Shown here: positions 17,597 through 28,085 of the stretch, piece by piece
Layout of the letters: each line of letters opens with the position of its first letter
Position numbering within the stretch: position 1 is the first letter of the stretch
NCBI RefSeq assembly: GCF_900163695.1
Contig: NZ_FUIC01000027.1
Coordinates: forward strand, 30,807-94,806
Source: Gulosibacter sp. 10
GTDB lineage: Bacteria; Actinomycetota; Actinomycetes; Actinomycetales; Microbacteriaceae
Direction: 5' to 3'
DNA: 64,000 nt
Made by a program: the position numbers and the translations under genes
The notes under the pieces: generated by a model
What the model saw: only the letters and a program-made list of their open reading frames with translations
Databases searched by the model: none
What the model was told of the DNA's origin: nothing

Positions 17597-18109
17597 TCAA
17601 GCGCGGTCGTCGTCCGGGTCGATCTTGAAGTCCTCCGGCTCGACCTGCTCGACGAACTCGCGGAACTCCGCGATCTCCGCCTCCTCGTCGTCGTCCTGCA
17701 CCTCGGTCTCGACGCCGACCTCGTCAAACACGTCGTCCGCGACCCAGACCGGCGCCCCCACGCGGGAGGCGAGCGCGATGGCGTCGGAGGGCCGCGCATC
17801 CAGGGTCTCCGAGCCGGCGGGGGTCACAAGGTCGATCTCTGCGTAGAACGTGTCCTCGCTGAGCCGGGGGATCGCGACCCGCTCGACACGGCTGTCGGTG
17901 GCCCGCAGCAGCGAGGCCATGAGGTCGTGCGAGAGCGGGCGCTCCACCGCGGTGCCCTGCACGGCGGCGAGGATGGAGGCCGCCTCCTGCGAGCCGATCC
18001 AGACGGGCATCACCTTCTGGGCGCGCACCGGGTCGTCGATCGGCTTGAGCAGAATCACGGGCTGCTGGCGCAGATCGATCGCGAGACCGATGACTTCGAC
18101 ACGGATCAC
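17597..18109 (-). CDS. bifunctional nuclease family (DUF151/BFN) protein
   Basis: 170 aa from a GTG at 18109 (GGGAGG RBS 6 nt upstream). The N-terminus IRVEVIGLAIDLRQQPVILLKP... matches the BFN-family start. Acidic C-terminal tail. It is the only coherent part of the 896-aa track ORF. Confidence 0.7.
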   Translation of the reverse strand: MIRVEVIGLAIDLRQQPVILLKPIDDPVRAQKVMPVWIGSQEAASILAAVQGTAVERPLSHDLMASLLRATDSRVERVAIPRLSEDTFYAEIDLVTPAGSETLDARPSDAIALASRVGAPVWVADDVFDEVGVETEVQDDDEEAEIAEFREFVEQVEPEDFKIDPDDDRA

Positions 18110-19401
18110 AGGGGGCCTCCCGGGGTCGAACGGCTGGCGTTCCAGTCTAACGGCGGCAGGTCGTCCAAGCCGAGGCCCTCGAGGAGCGCGTCGGCGTGCT
18201 CGAGCAGCTCCTCGACCGACCAGGCGTCGGCAGCCAGGAACATCGTGCCGCCTGCGAACCCGGTCGTGGTGAACGCGTCGGCCGCCGCGGGGAGCGGACG
18301 GCCCTCGAGCAGATCGTCGCGGAACCACATCCGGTAGCCCCGGGGCGTCTTCTTGGCGTTGCGTCGCGCCCGGGCCAGGCGGGTGTTGCCGGCGACGAAG
18401 ACGCGGGGCTCGAAGGCCTCGATGGATCGGGCCGCGAGGAAGTCGACGAGCGGGATGTCGGGCTCCTCCTCGGGCGCGACCGGCTGGAACTTGACGAGGA
18501 ACTGGTCGTGGTTCGGACGATCGTGGTTCCGCCAGAGGTTCAACGTGCACCGGGAGCCGGAGGGGACCTCGAGGCGCAGCGTCGTGGTGAGTGACCACCC
18601 CTCGCCGCCTGCCGAGGTCTCGGCCGCGCCCGCGAGGATGCTCCTGAGATGCTGCGAGCCGCCGTCCCACTCGGCATCGGCGAACGTCCACCGCCGGTCG
18701 CCGAAGACCGGCCTGACTGCGTCCGTGAAGCGGAGGAGGGGCGCCGCGAGATCCTGGGGCCGGAGGACGCGGCGGCCGCCGAACGAGGTGATGTTGGCGC
18801 CGACGCTCCACGGCTCCGTGCCCGCGTCGGCGGCTGCCTCCGCGCGGCTCGGCCCGGGTGCGGGCCTCGGCTCCTCGCCCCGGACCTTCGCGAGGTGCGC
18901 GGCGAGGAAATCGCCGAACGTCTCGTGCGCCTCGACCACGCCGAGGCTCCCCTCGATGTATCCGGGAGCGGCGATCACGCGCGGCTGCACCCGGCCCTCC
19001 CGGATCGGCATCACGAACACCGCGCCCCACCACCGGTCGATGCCGATCTGCAGGTGATGCCGGGGGTCGAGCCCCAGACGTTCGAGCTCGCCGGCCCGGG
19101 CGTGCCAGGGCAGCGCGGTGGAGTCCGTCCCCAGCGAGGCGGGGTCCGCGAGCTGGGCGGCGGACGCGAGCTCGAGCCCCTTCGAGGTCTCGCGCGGAAT
19201 GCCGTATTCGCGCGGATTCCAGCCGTTCTGCAGCCCGAGATACCGGCGGTGCTCGGGGTCGAGCGTCGCGCCGAGGCGCCGTTCGAGGTCCTCGAGCTCG
19301 GCCTCGGAGGCGCCGGCAGGCGGTGCTCCCGCAGACCGATCCTCGAGCATCGAGCGGGTCGCGCGGTCCCATTCGCGGATCACATCGTGTTTCGTCTCCA
19401 T
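18106..19401 (-). CDS. hypothetical protein with N-terminal SMI1/KNR4 (SUKH-1)-like domain
   Basis: 431 aa, normal composition. N-terminal segment (SEAELEDLERRLGATLDPEHRRYLGLQNGW) resembles the SMI1/KNR4 signature. Its stop overlaps the BFN GTG start (GTGA). Confidence 0.6.
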   Translation of the reverse strand: METKHDVIREWDRATRSMLEDRSAGAPPAGASEAELEDLERRLGATLDPEHRRYLGLQNGWNPREYGIPRETSKGLELASAAQLADPASLGTDSTALPWHARAGELERLGLDPRHHLQIGIDRWWGAVFVMPIREGRVQPRVIAAPGYIEGSLGVVEAHETFGDFLAAHLAKVRGEEPRPAPGPSRAEAAADAGTEPWSVGANITSFGGRRVLRPQDLAAPLLRFTDAVRPVFGDRRWTFADAEWDGGSQHLRSILAGAAETSAGGEGWSLTTTLRLEVPSGSRCTLNLWRNHDRPNHDQFLVKFQPVAPEEEPDIPLVDFLAARSIEAFEPRVFVAGNTRLARARRNAKKTPRGYRMWFRDDLLEGRPLPAAADAFTTTGFAGGTMFLAADAWSVEELLEHADALLEGLGLDDLPPLDWNASRSTPGGPL

Positions 19402-19522
19402 GCGAAGACGCTAGCGCGGAAGCTTGGCAGGCGGATGCATCCCGGAATTGTCCTCGGATCCGAGCGGCGGCTCGTCGTTCCGCCGGGAAGGGGAGTAGAT
19501 TCCTTGGGAGACGCGGCGCGCG

Positions 19523-20293
19523 GTGCGGCTGCGAGACGACTTGCTGTGCCCGGCGCCGTTGCGCGCCCGCGGCAGAGGGAAGGGTAGGAGGAACTTGGAG
19601 CCCACCGAGAAGGTCCCCGGACACGAGCTGAGCCCCCCGGTGGAGGGCGGCCGCCCGCAGGCGACGCCGCCGAAGTCGCTCGAGCAGTCGATCGCCGAGA
19701 GCACCAGGCAGATGCGGCTCGCGCGCGGGCTCACGCTCGCGGAGCTCGCCTCCCGGGTGGGCATCAGCCGGCAGATGCTGTCGAAGATCGAGAACGCGCA
19801 GACCTCCGCGAGCCTCGCCACGGTCGACGCGCTCGCCAAGGGCCTCGAGGTGCCGGTGACGAGCCTGTTCCGCGCGGCCGACTTCGAGACCCAGGCCGTC
19901 TTCGTCAAGGCGGGCCGCGCCCCGGAGACGGTGCGACGCGGCAGCAACCTCGGCCATCGGTACCAGCTGCTGGGCGCGCTGTCGGGGCACAACGCGAATC
20001 TCGAGCCCCTGCTCGTGACCCTCACCGACGACAGCCAGGCATTCCCGCTGTTCCAGCACACGGGCAGCGAGTTCGTCTACATCATCGAGGGCGTCATGGA
20101 CTACCAGCACCAGGAGACGACCTATCGGATGGAGCCGGGCGACAGCATCCTCTTCGACGGCGAGGGCGTGCACGGCCCGGCGCAGATCGTCGAGGCGCCG
20201 GTGCGCTTCCTCTCCGTCTTCGCCTCGCAGGAGCGCAGGCTCGACACGTTCGGCGACGGCCGGTCGTCGAACGGCGAGAACGGCCACCGCTAG
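19523..20293 (+). CDS. XRE-family HTH + cupin-domain transcriptional regulator
   Basis: HTH LTLAELASRVGISRQMLSKIEN followed by a cupin-like C-terminal domain (GSEFVYIIEGVMDYQH...GDSILFDGEGVHGP). Start is uncertain: GTG at 19523 or TTG at 19595 after AGGAGG. Confidence 0.75.
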   Translation: MRLRDDLLCPAPLRARGRGKGRRNLEPTEKVPGHELSPPVEGGRPQATPPKSLEQSIAESTRQMRLARGLTLAELASRVGISRQMLSKIENAQTSASLATVDALAKGLEVPVTSLFRAADFETQAVFVKAGRAPETVRRGSNLGHRYQLLGALSGHNANLEPLLVTLTDDSQAFPLFQHTGSEFVYIIEGVMDYQHQETTYRMEPGDSILFDGEGVHGPAQIVEAPVRFLSVFASQERRLDTFGDGRSSNGENGHR

Positions 20294-20375
20294 CCGGGGA
20301 TGGATTCGGCTCCAGCGCCGTGCCGCTGGAGCCGAATCCGGTTCTTCGACGGGGCCCGCTCCCGTCCGCGCGCGG

Positions 20376-20710
20376 CTAGAGGGCCGCGTCGCCCCGTTCG
20401 CCGGTGCGAATGCGAACGGCGTCGTCGACCGTGGTGGACCAGACCTTGCCGTCGCCCACCTCGCCAGTGCGGGCGGAACCCGTGATGACCCGGATGACGT
20501 CCTCAGCGGCCTCGTCGGCGACGAGGATCTCGAGCCGGACCTTCACCACGAAGTCGATCGTGAACTCCGCGCCGCGGTACACCTCCCGGTGGCCGAGCTG
20601 GCGGCCGTAGCCGGAGCACTCGCTCACGGTCATCCCGGTGATGCCGTGCTGTGCGAGGGCGACTTGGACATCGGTGAGGACGTCGGGCTGCAGGATTGCG
20701 GTGATGAGTT

Positions 20711-20714
<4 letters not shown>
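20376..20714 (-). CDS. glnK: P-II nitrogen regulatory protein
   Basis: 112 aa from a GTG with an AGGAAGAGG RBS. Classic PII sequence (KLITAI..P, T-loop GYGRQLGHREVYRGAEF, with Tyr51 present). GTGA overlap with the amtB stop. Confidence 0.9.
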
Positions 20715-22048
<1,334 letters not shown>

Positions 22049-22204
22049 ATTCACCCTCCCGAAGAGTCGCGGTCGGGGAACTGCCCTCAGTCCCCCTGTG
22101 TGGGACAAAGGTAACTGTTGGTGGAACTATGTGTCAACTGAAAAGGGCGCATGTCTACTTGTGGATGCGCTCGACGGTGGGGTATCGCCTAGGATGGACG
22201 CATC

Positions 22205-22630
22205 ATGACGGACAGCGTGCGAATCGATGCGTGGCTCTGGTCGGTGCGCGTCTACAAGACCAGGTCGGCCGCCACCGCCGCCGTGCGCGGCGGCAAGGTG
22301 CGGGTGAACGACAACCACGTCAAGGCCTCGTACGGTGTGCGCATCGGGGACCGGGTGCGCGTGCGCATCGACGGCTTCGACCGCATCCTCGTGGTCAAGG
22401 CGCTGCTGCAGAAGCGGGTCGGCGCGCCCGTCGCCGCGACGGCCTACGAGGACCGCTCCGCGCCGCTGCCGCCGCGCGAGCTGCGCCGGCCGCCGGCCAT
22501 CCGCGAGCGCGGGGCCGGCCGTCCCACCAAGCGCGAGCGCCGCGAGCTCGACCGCCTGCTCGCGCAGGACGAGCGCGACCTGGATCGGATCCGGGCGGAG
22601 CTGCTCGGCGAAGCGCAGCCCGAGGACTGA
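22205..22630 (+). CDS. S4-domain RNA-binding protein (Hsp15/HslR-like)
   Basis: 141 aa. N-terminal S4 motif (VRIDAWLWSVRVYKTRSAA...GGKVRVND) and a basic C-terminal tail. Confidence 0.8.
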   Translation: MTDSVRIDAWLWSVRVYKTRSAATAAVRGGKVRVNDNHVKASYGVRIGDRVRVRIDGFDRILVVKALLQKRVGAPVAATAYEDRSAPLPPRELRRPPAIRERGAGRPTKRERRELDRLLAQDERDLDRIRAELLGEAQPED

Positions 22631-22657
22631 GCCGCGGCCGTTCGGCAGGGGGGCGCC

Positions 22658-23950
22658 TCAGCGCCCCGCCGCGGCGTCGATCGCCCGGACGAGCCCATCG
22701 GGGAGCAGCGCCTGCCACCAGTGCGCGTCGTGCCCGCCGACGGCGGTGTCGAAGGAGAGCAGGCCGCCCTGCACGCGCAGCAGCTCGGCGGCCTGGCGGA
22801 TATCCCGGAACAGGTCCCATTCGAGCACTCCGCCCTGGAGGACGAGCGGGGAGGGCCGTGCCGCGGCGGCGCGCTCGCCGAACCAGGTGCCCCGGCCCTC
22901 GCCGAACCGGCCGCTGTTGGGCCACCAGAACGACGGGGACTGCGCGACCCCGGCCAGCACGAGGTCGGGGTCGCGGGTCGCGGCGAGCGCGGTGAAGAGC
23001 CCGCCGAGGCTCTGCCCCGCGAGGATGAGGCCGGCGCTCCGCGGGGCTCCCGCCGCGCGCACCGCTTCGAGCAGCGCGCGCATCGCCTCGGCGTCGGCCG
23101 TGTAGTCGACCGTCCGCTGCCGGGGGCCGCCGGACTCCAGCAGGAGCACGTGGACCGGCTCGCAGCCGCCCGCATCGATGCGTCGCTCGAGCTCCGCGAC
23201 GATCGGGTACTGCTCGTGCCACACCTCGCCGTCGAGGAGCAGCACGGCGGGCGACTCCGGGGTCGCGCGGGGATGCGACCAGCGGTGCAGCGCGAGCGGC
23301 TCGCCGTTCGAGGGGCTCGGGATGCGCACGGGCCCGTCGAGCTCGGCGCGCTCGGCGAGGCGCAGCTCCGGGGCGCCCGGCCCGCGGCCGACGGCCAGGC
23401 GCACGGGGCCGAGCTTGTTCGGCGCGTACTCGCGCGCGTGCGGATCCTCGACGAGCCGGGCGCGCAGCCCGGCCGCGAGCGCCATGTCGACCGGCGCGTG
23501 GAGCCGCGGCGCGGGCAGCGGCGAATCGGGGAGGACGAACTGATACGTGCCGAGCCAGGCGGACGGCAGCTCGAGCGTCAGCGAGTGCAGCCGGGTCTCC
23601 GCGATCGGCGCGAGGGCGGTATCGGCCGGGTCGAGGATGTCGCTGATCTTGTTGGCGAACAGCAGGACTCCGTGGGGCGCCTCGCCGTGCCAGAGGAAGG
23701 TGACGAGGACCTCGCCGTCGTCCCCCGCGGCCGGCTCGACGAGCGGGGTCCCCTGGGCGCGCAGGGCCGTCGCGAGCTCCGCCGCCCGCCGCTCGCGCTC
23801 CTCCGGGCCGGCGATCACGGCGAGCTCGGCCCGCACCGCCTCGACGCGCGGCGATTCGGCCACGGGCAGCGGCCACGGGCGGATCGAGTGCGGCGGCATG
23901 GTGGGATCGCGGCGGGCGCCGTGCTGCGGTGCGGTTCGTGCTGCGGACAT
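22658..23950 (-). CDS. enterochelin-esterase-like (Fes/IroE family) alpha/beta hydrolase
   Basis: 430 aa with a GAAGGAG RBS. C-terminal esterase domain has the nucleophile elbow GQSLGG. An N-terminal domain precedes it, as in Fes. Located at the distal end of the siderophore ABC operon. Confidence 0.7.
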   Translation of the reverse strand: MSAARTAPQHGARRDPTMPPHSIRPWPLPVAESPRVEAVRAELAVIAGPEERERRAAELATALRAQGTPLVEPAAGDDGEVLVTFLWHGEAPHGVLLFANKISDILDPADTALAPIAETRLHSLTLELPSAWLGTYQFVLPDSPLPAPRLHAPVDMALAAGLRARLVEDPHAREYAPNKLGPVRLAVGRGPGAPELRLAERAELDGPVRIPSPSNGEPLALHRWSHPRATPESPAVLLLDGEVWHEQYPIVAELERRIDAGGCEPVHVLLLESGGPRQRTVDYTADAEAMRALLEAVRAAGAPRSAGLILAGQSLGGLFTALAATRDPDLVLAGVAQSPSFWWPNSGRFGEGRGTWFGERAAAARPSPLVLQGGVLEWDLFRDIRQAAELLRVQGGLLSFDTAVGGHDAHWWQALLPDGLVRAIDAAAGR

Positions 23951-24009
23951 CGGGGATGCTCCTTCTCTGGCGATGCGGTTCGGGGATGGTCGGGTTCGGG
24001 CGGCCGGGG

Positions 24010-25131
24010 CTACCGGTCGTCGGCGCGGAGCCGGCTCGCGAGCGTGCCGGGCCCGTATCCGGCGGGGAATCGTCCGGCGGCGACGAGGGCCGGGACGACC
24101 TCCTCGGCGAAGAGCTCGAGGGAGCGCCAGGAGCCCATGGGCAGGGCGATGACGCCGTCGGCCGCGCCCGCGTCGAGCCGCTCGAGGATGCGATCCGCGG
24201 CGGCGCGCGGGGTGTCGGCGACGGTCCAGTGCCGGACGTGAGCGGGCGCGCGGATCCCGCTGCGCTCCGCCGACTCCCGGGCCTCCTGCCGCGTCTCGGC
24301 CAGCCAGAGCGAGAGCCCGGGCAGGATGCGGGGCGAGGGGCGCCCGGCCGCGGCGGCGAGCCGGGCGGCCTCGCGACGGAGCCGGATGCCGTCCTCGGGC
24401 TCCGCGGTCATGGCGAAGATCGCATCGGCGCGGCGCGCGGCGAATGCCAGCGAGGCCGCGGAGCCCCCGGCGTGGAGGAGCGGCAGCGCCGACTCCTCGA
24501 ACGCCGGCGCGGTGAGCGGGCCGGTCGCGCGGAACGGCCCGTGGGGCTCCGCCGTGCGCACCGCGCCGGGGTCGGCGAACTCGCCCGACTCCCGGTTGAG
24601 CCGGAGCACGCCGGCGGGGAAGGTGGCCCGCAGCTCCTCGACGGCCGCGACGAACTCCTCGGCCCGGCGGTACGGGTCATCGACCGGCGGGACGTCGGGG
24701 AAGCGGCCGGGATCGGCGAGCGAGGTGACGACGTTCCAACCGGTCCGGCCCTCGGAGAGCCGGTCGAGCGACTGCAGCTGCCGGGCGGCGGAGTACGCCT
24801 GCGCGAACGTCGAGGAGAGCGTGGGGACGAGGCCGATCCGGGAGGTCGTCGCGGCGAGCGCGCTCATCACGACGATCGGGTCGAGCGAGGCGAACCCCGG
24901 CTCGCGGGACATCGGGGCGGGATCGAGCACGATCGCGTCCGGGCGGAACACGAAGTCGAGCCCGGCGGCCTCGGCGAGTCTCGCCGCCCGCAGCGGGAAC
25001 TCGAGCGAGAACATCGTCTCGACGCCGCTGTCCCGGCGCCGCCAGGCGTCGCCCTTCAGCCAGGTGGGCGAGAGCGAGAGGCCGATGACGGCGCGCTCGC
25101 GAGCCGCCGGGACGCCGTCCGCGGCCGTCAC
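24010..25131 (-). CDS. LLM-class (luciferase-like) flavin-dependent monooxygenase/oxidoreductase
   Basis: About 373 aa. LLM signature LDRLSEGRTGWNVVTS. GTG start overlaps the ABC ATPase stop (GTGA). The N-terminal extension in the 600-aa track ORF was rejected. Confidence 0.75.
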   Translation of the reverse strand: MTAADGVPAARERAVIGLSLSPTWLKGDAWRRRDSGVETMFSLEFPLRAARLAEAAGLDFVFRPDAIVLDPAPMSREPGFASLDPIVVMSALAATTSRIGLVPTLSSTFAQAYSAARQLQSLDRLSEGRTGWNVVTSLADPGRFPDVPPVDDPYRRAEEFVAAVEELRATFPAGVLRLNRESGEFADPGAVRTAEPHGPFRATGPLTAPAFEESALPLLHAGGSAASLAFAARRADAIFAMTAEPEDGIRLRREAARLAAAAGRPSPRILPGLSLWLAETRQEARESAERSGIRAPAHVRHWTVADTPRAAADRILERLDAGAADGVIALPMGSWRSLELFAEEVVPALVAAGRFPAGYGPGTLASRLRADDR

Positions 25132-25952
25132 GAGGAGGGGGCCGCGGTGCTGCTGGCGATCGGCACGACCATCGGCGTCTCGAACACGGGATCGCTGAGC
25201 ACCCGGGCGGTGAGGCCGAAGACGTCCTCGAGCAGGGGCTCGGTGAGCACCTCCTCGGGCCGGCCGCTCGCGGCGAGCGCGCCGTCCTTCATCACGACGA
25301 GATGATCGGCGTACCGGGCGGCCTGGTTCAGGTCGTGCAGCACGAGCACCATGGTGCGCGACTCCTCGCGGTTGAGGCGCCGGCAGAGCTCGAGCACGTC
25401 GAGCTGATGGGCGATGTCGAGGAACGTGGTCGGCTCGTCGAGGAGCATCGTCGGGGTGTCCTGCGCCAGCAGCATCGCGATCCAGACCCGCTGCCGCTGC
25501 CCGCCGGAGAGCTCCTCGACGGCGCGGTCCGCGAGGTCGATCACGCCAGTCGAGCGCATCGCGAGGTCCACGGCGCGCTCGTCGTCCTGCGACCACTGCT
25601 GCAGCATCCGCTGATGCGGGAACCTGCCGCGGGCGACGAGATCCGCGACGGTGATGCCGAACGGCGCCGTCGAGGACTGGGGGAGCAGTCCGAGGCGCTT
25701 CGCGAGCGTTTTCGGGGCCAGCGAGCGGACGTCCTCCCCGCCGAGCAGGACGCGCCCGGCATCGGGGACGAGCAGGCGCGAGAGCGCGCGCAGGAGGGTC
25801 GACTTGCCGCACGCGTTCGGGCCGATGATGATCGTGACCTCGCCCTCGGGGATCGAGACGGTGAGATCGCGCGCGATCTCGCGGGCGTCGTAGGAGAGCG
25901 TGACGCGCTCGGCGTGGAGCGAGGAGGGGGATGGCATTGGGGATCCTTGCAT
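25128..25952 (-). CDS. iron-siderophore ABC transporter ATP-binding protein (FepC/FecE-like)
   Basis: Walker A GPNACGKST, signature LSGGQRQR, Walker B LLDEPT. An alternative start at 25937 is preceded by AAGGA. Confidence 0.9.
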   Translation of the reverse strand: MQGSPMPSPSSLHAERVTLSYDAREIARDLTVSIPEGEVTIIIGPNACGKSTLLRALSRLLVPDAGRVLLGGEDVRSLAPKTLAKRLGLLPQSSTAPFGITVADLVARGRFPHQRMLQQWSQDDERAVDLAMRSTGVIDLADRAVEELSGGQRQRVWIAMLLAQDTPTMLLDEPTTFLDIAHQLDVLELCRRLNREESRTMVLVLHDLNQAARYADHLVVMKDGALAASGRPEEVLTEPLLEDVFGLTARVLSDPVFETPMVVPIASSTAAPSS

Positions 25953-25953
25953 G

Positions 25954-27000
25954 TCAGACCTGCTTGGAGCGGGTCAGGAGCCAGATGAGGTAGAAGCCGC
26001 CGATGATGCCGGTGATGCGGCCGATCGGCAGCGTCGCGGTGACCGGCAGCAGCTGGCCGATGAGGTCGGCGACGAGGAGCATCGCGGCGCCCATCGCCCC
26101 GGCGCTGAACACCGGCATGGACCGCGAGCGCGAGAGGCGGATGACGAGCTGCGGCGCCGCGAGCGCGATGAACGCGATCGGGCCGGCCGCGCCCGTGGCG
26201 AGCCCGGCGAGCACCACGGCGGCGAGCATGAGCAGCAGCCTGGTCCGCTCGACGCGCACGCCGAGCTGCTGCGAGAGGTCGTCGCCCATCTCCATGAGGG
26301 AGGCGCGGCGCCCGAGCGCGCCGATGAACGGCACGATGAGGACCACGCCGATCATGACGGGCAGGGCGTGGCCCCAGTTGCGGGCGTCGAGCGAGCCGGA
26401 GAGCCAGAGGTTCGCGGCGATGGCGTTGTCGAGCTCGCCCAGCACGAGCATGAGCCCGTTGAGCGCGCCGAGCACCGCGCCGACCCCGATGCCCACGAGC
26501 ACGAGCCGGTAGCCGCCCGTCACCCCGCCCTTGCGGGAGAGCAGGTACACGGCGGCGGCGGTGAGGATGCCGCCCGCGACCGCGCTCAGGGCGATCTCGA
26601 GCGGGGTGCCCTGGAAGATCACGATCTGCGTGATCGCGCCCGTGGCGGCGCCGGTCGTGAAGCCGATGATGTCCGGCGAGCCGAGGGCGTTGCGCGAGAC
26701 CGACTGGAAGACGGCGCCGGAGACCCCCAGCGCGGCGCCGGCGAAGATCGCGGTGAGCACGCGGGGGAGGCGCAGGTTCTGCACCACGTGCGTATTGCGC
26801 CCGTCCTCGCCGCCGAAGAGCGCCGAGAGCACGTCGCCCATGGAGATGTCGAGGCTGCCGACGGTCATGGCGAAGACGCCGAGGACGAGCAGCAGCGCGA
26901 GCAGCACCGCGGTGACGGCGACGAGCCGCGGCGAGACGAGCACGGAGAAGCGCCGGGTGCGCCAGACGGCGCGGCGGGGCGGGGCTTCGGTTCGGGTCAC
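25954..27000 (-). CDS. iron-siderophore ABC transporter permease (FecCD family)
   Basis: 348 aa. FecCD-type hydrophobic profile. 1-nt gap to the ATPase gene. Confidence 0.85.
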   Translation of the reverse strand: MTRTEAPPRRAVWRTRRFSVLVSPRLVAVTAVLLALLLVLGVFAMTVGSLDISMGDVLSALFGGEDGRNTHVVQNLRLPRVLTAIFAGAALGVSGAVFQSVSRNALGSPDIIGFTTGAATGAITQIVIFQGTPLEIALSAVAGGILTAAAVYLLSRKGGVTGGYRLVLVGIGVGAVLGALNGLMLVLGELDNAIAANLWLSGSLDARNWGHALPVMIGVVLIVPFIGALGRRASLMEMGDDLSQQLGVRVERTRLLLMLAAVVLAGLATGAAGPIAFIALAAPQLVIRLSRSRSMPVFSAGAMGAAMLLVADLIGQLLPVTATLPIGRITGIIGGFYLIWLLTRSKQV

Positions 27001-28085
27001 AGTTGCACCATCCTGCGGCGGCGGACGAGGTAGACGAAGAAGGGGCCTCCCAGCAGCGCGACCATGATGCCGACGCTCACCTCGCCCGCGACGGGCAGGG
27101 CGCGCCCCAGCGTGTCCGCGAACACGAGCAGGAAGGCGGAGATGAGCGCGGAGTAGGGCAGCACCCAGCGGTGGTCGACCCCGACGATGAGCCGCGCGAG
27201 GTGGGGCGCGGCGAGCCCGAGGAAGGCGATGGGGCCGGCGGCTGCGGTGGCGGCGCCCGCGAGGACGATCACGACGACCCCCGAGAGGGCCCAGACGCGC
27301 GAGGGGTTGCCGCCCAGGGATTTGCTGAGGTCCTCGCCGAGCATCGCGGCATCGAGCGCCCGCGAGAGGAAGAAGGCGGCGACCAGGCCGAGCGCGACGA
27401 CCGGGGCCACCGCGGCGAGCACGTCGTAGCCGCGGCCGGCGAGGGAGCCGACCATCCAGTGCCGGTACCGGTCGAAGACGTCCTCGGGGCCGTTCACGAG
27501 CACGAACTGGGTGAGCGCCGTCATCACGACCGAGAACGCGGCCCCGGCCAGCACCAGGCGCACGGGATTCGTGCCGCGGCGCACGCCGCCGAGCAGGTAC
27601 ACCGCGACGCCCGCCGCGGCCGCGCCGACGAAGCCGAGCAGCATGTACCCGAAGACGTTGGCGATGCCGAAGAACGAGATGCCCGTCGCGATCGCGAGGG
27701 CGGCGCCGCCGTTGACGCCGAGGATCCCGGGCTCGGCCAGCGGATTGCGGGTGAGCGACTGCATGATCACGCCCGCGACCCCGAGCGCGAGCCCGACGAC
27801 CACCGAGAGCAGGGCGCGCGGGATCCGCTGATGGAACACCAGCAGGTGCGCGGAATCCTCCGGGTCGAACGCGAAGATCGCCTGCCAGGTGTCGGCGAGC
27901 GCGATCTCGCGGACGCCGATGCAGGCGCTGAAGAACATCGTCACCGCGATCGCGATGACGAGGGGGACGACTCCGAGCCGGCGCCGACGGCGCATCCGCG
28001 CGGTGACGGGGGAGGACGACGGGGCGGGGCGGCGCCGGGCGGACCCGGCGCCGCCGCGCCGACTAGTTGCCGAAGTGGTTGACAA
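26997..28085 (-). CDS. iron-siderophore ABC transporter permease (FecCD family)
   Basis: 362 aa. FecCD family. 4-nt overlap with the downstream permease. Confidence 0.85.
   Translation of the reverse strand: MSTTSATSRRGGAGSARRRPAPSSSPVTARMRRRRRLGVVPLVIAIAVTMFFSACIGVREIALADTWQAIFAFDPEDSAHLLVFHQRIPRALLSVVVGLALGVAGVIMQSLTRNPLAEPGILGVNGGAALAIATGISFFGIANVFGYMLLGFVGAAAAGVAVYLLGGVRRGTNPVRLVLAGAAFSVVMTALTQFVLVNGPEDVFDRYRHWMVGSLAGRGYDVLAAVAPVVALGLVAAFFLSRALDAAMLGEDLSKSLGGNPSRVWALSGVVVIVLAGAATAAAGPIAFLGLAAPHLARLIVGVDHRWVLPYSALISAFLLVFADTLGRALPVAGEVSVGIMVALLGGPFFVYLVRRRRMVQL

Noticed and set aside
17597-20287. 896-aa minus ORF spanning BFN, the SUKH protein and the XRE-cupin gene
   Set aside because: Only its last about 170 codons (the BFN protein) are coherent. 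The remainder is an out-of-frame read-through of the 431-aa gene and antisense to the XRE gene.
22395-25812. Multiple 400-600-aa ORFs on both strands (22395..23876, 22721..24241, 23929..25305, 24010..25812 N-terminal extension)
   Set aside because: They overlap the esterase, LLM and ABC ATPase genes in wrong frames. The LLM gene start was set at the GTG coupled to the ATPase stop rather than the 600-aa extension.
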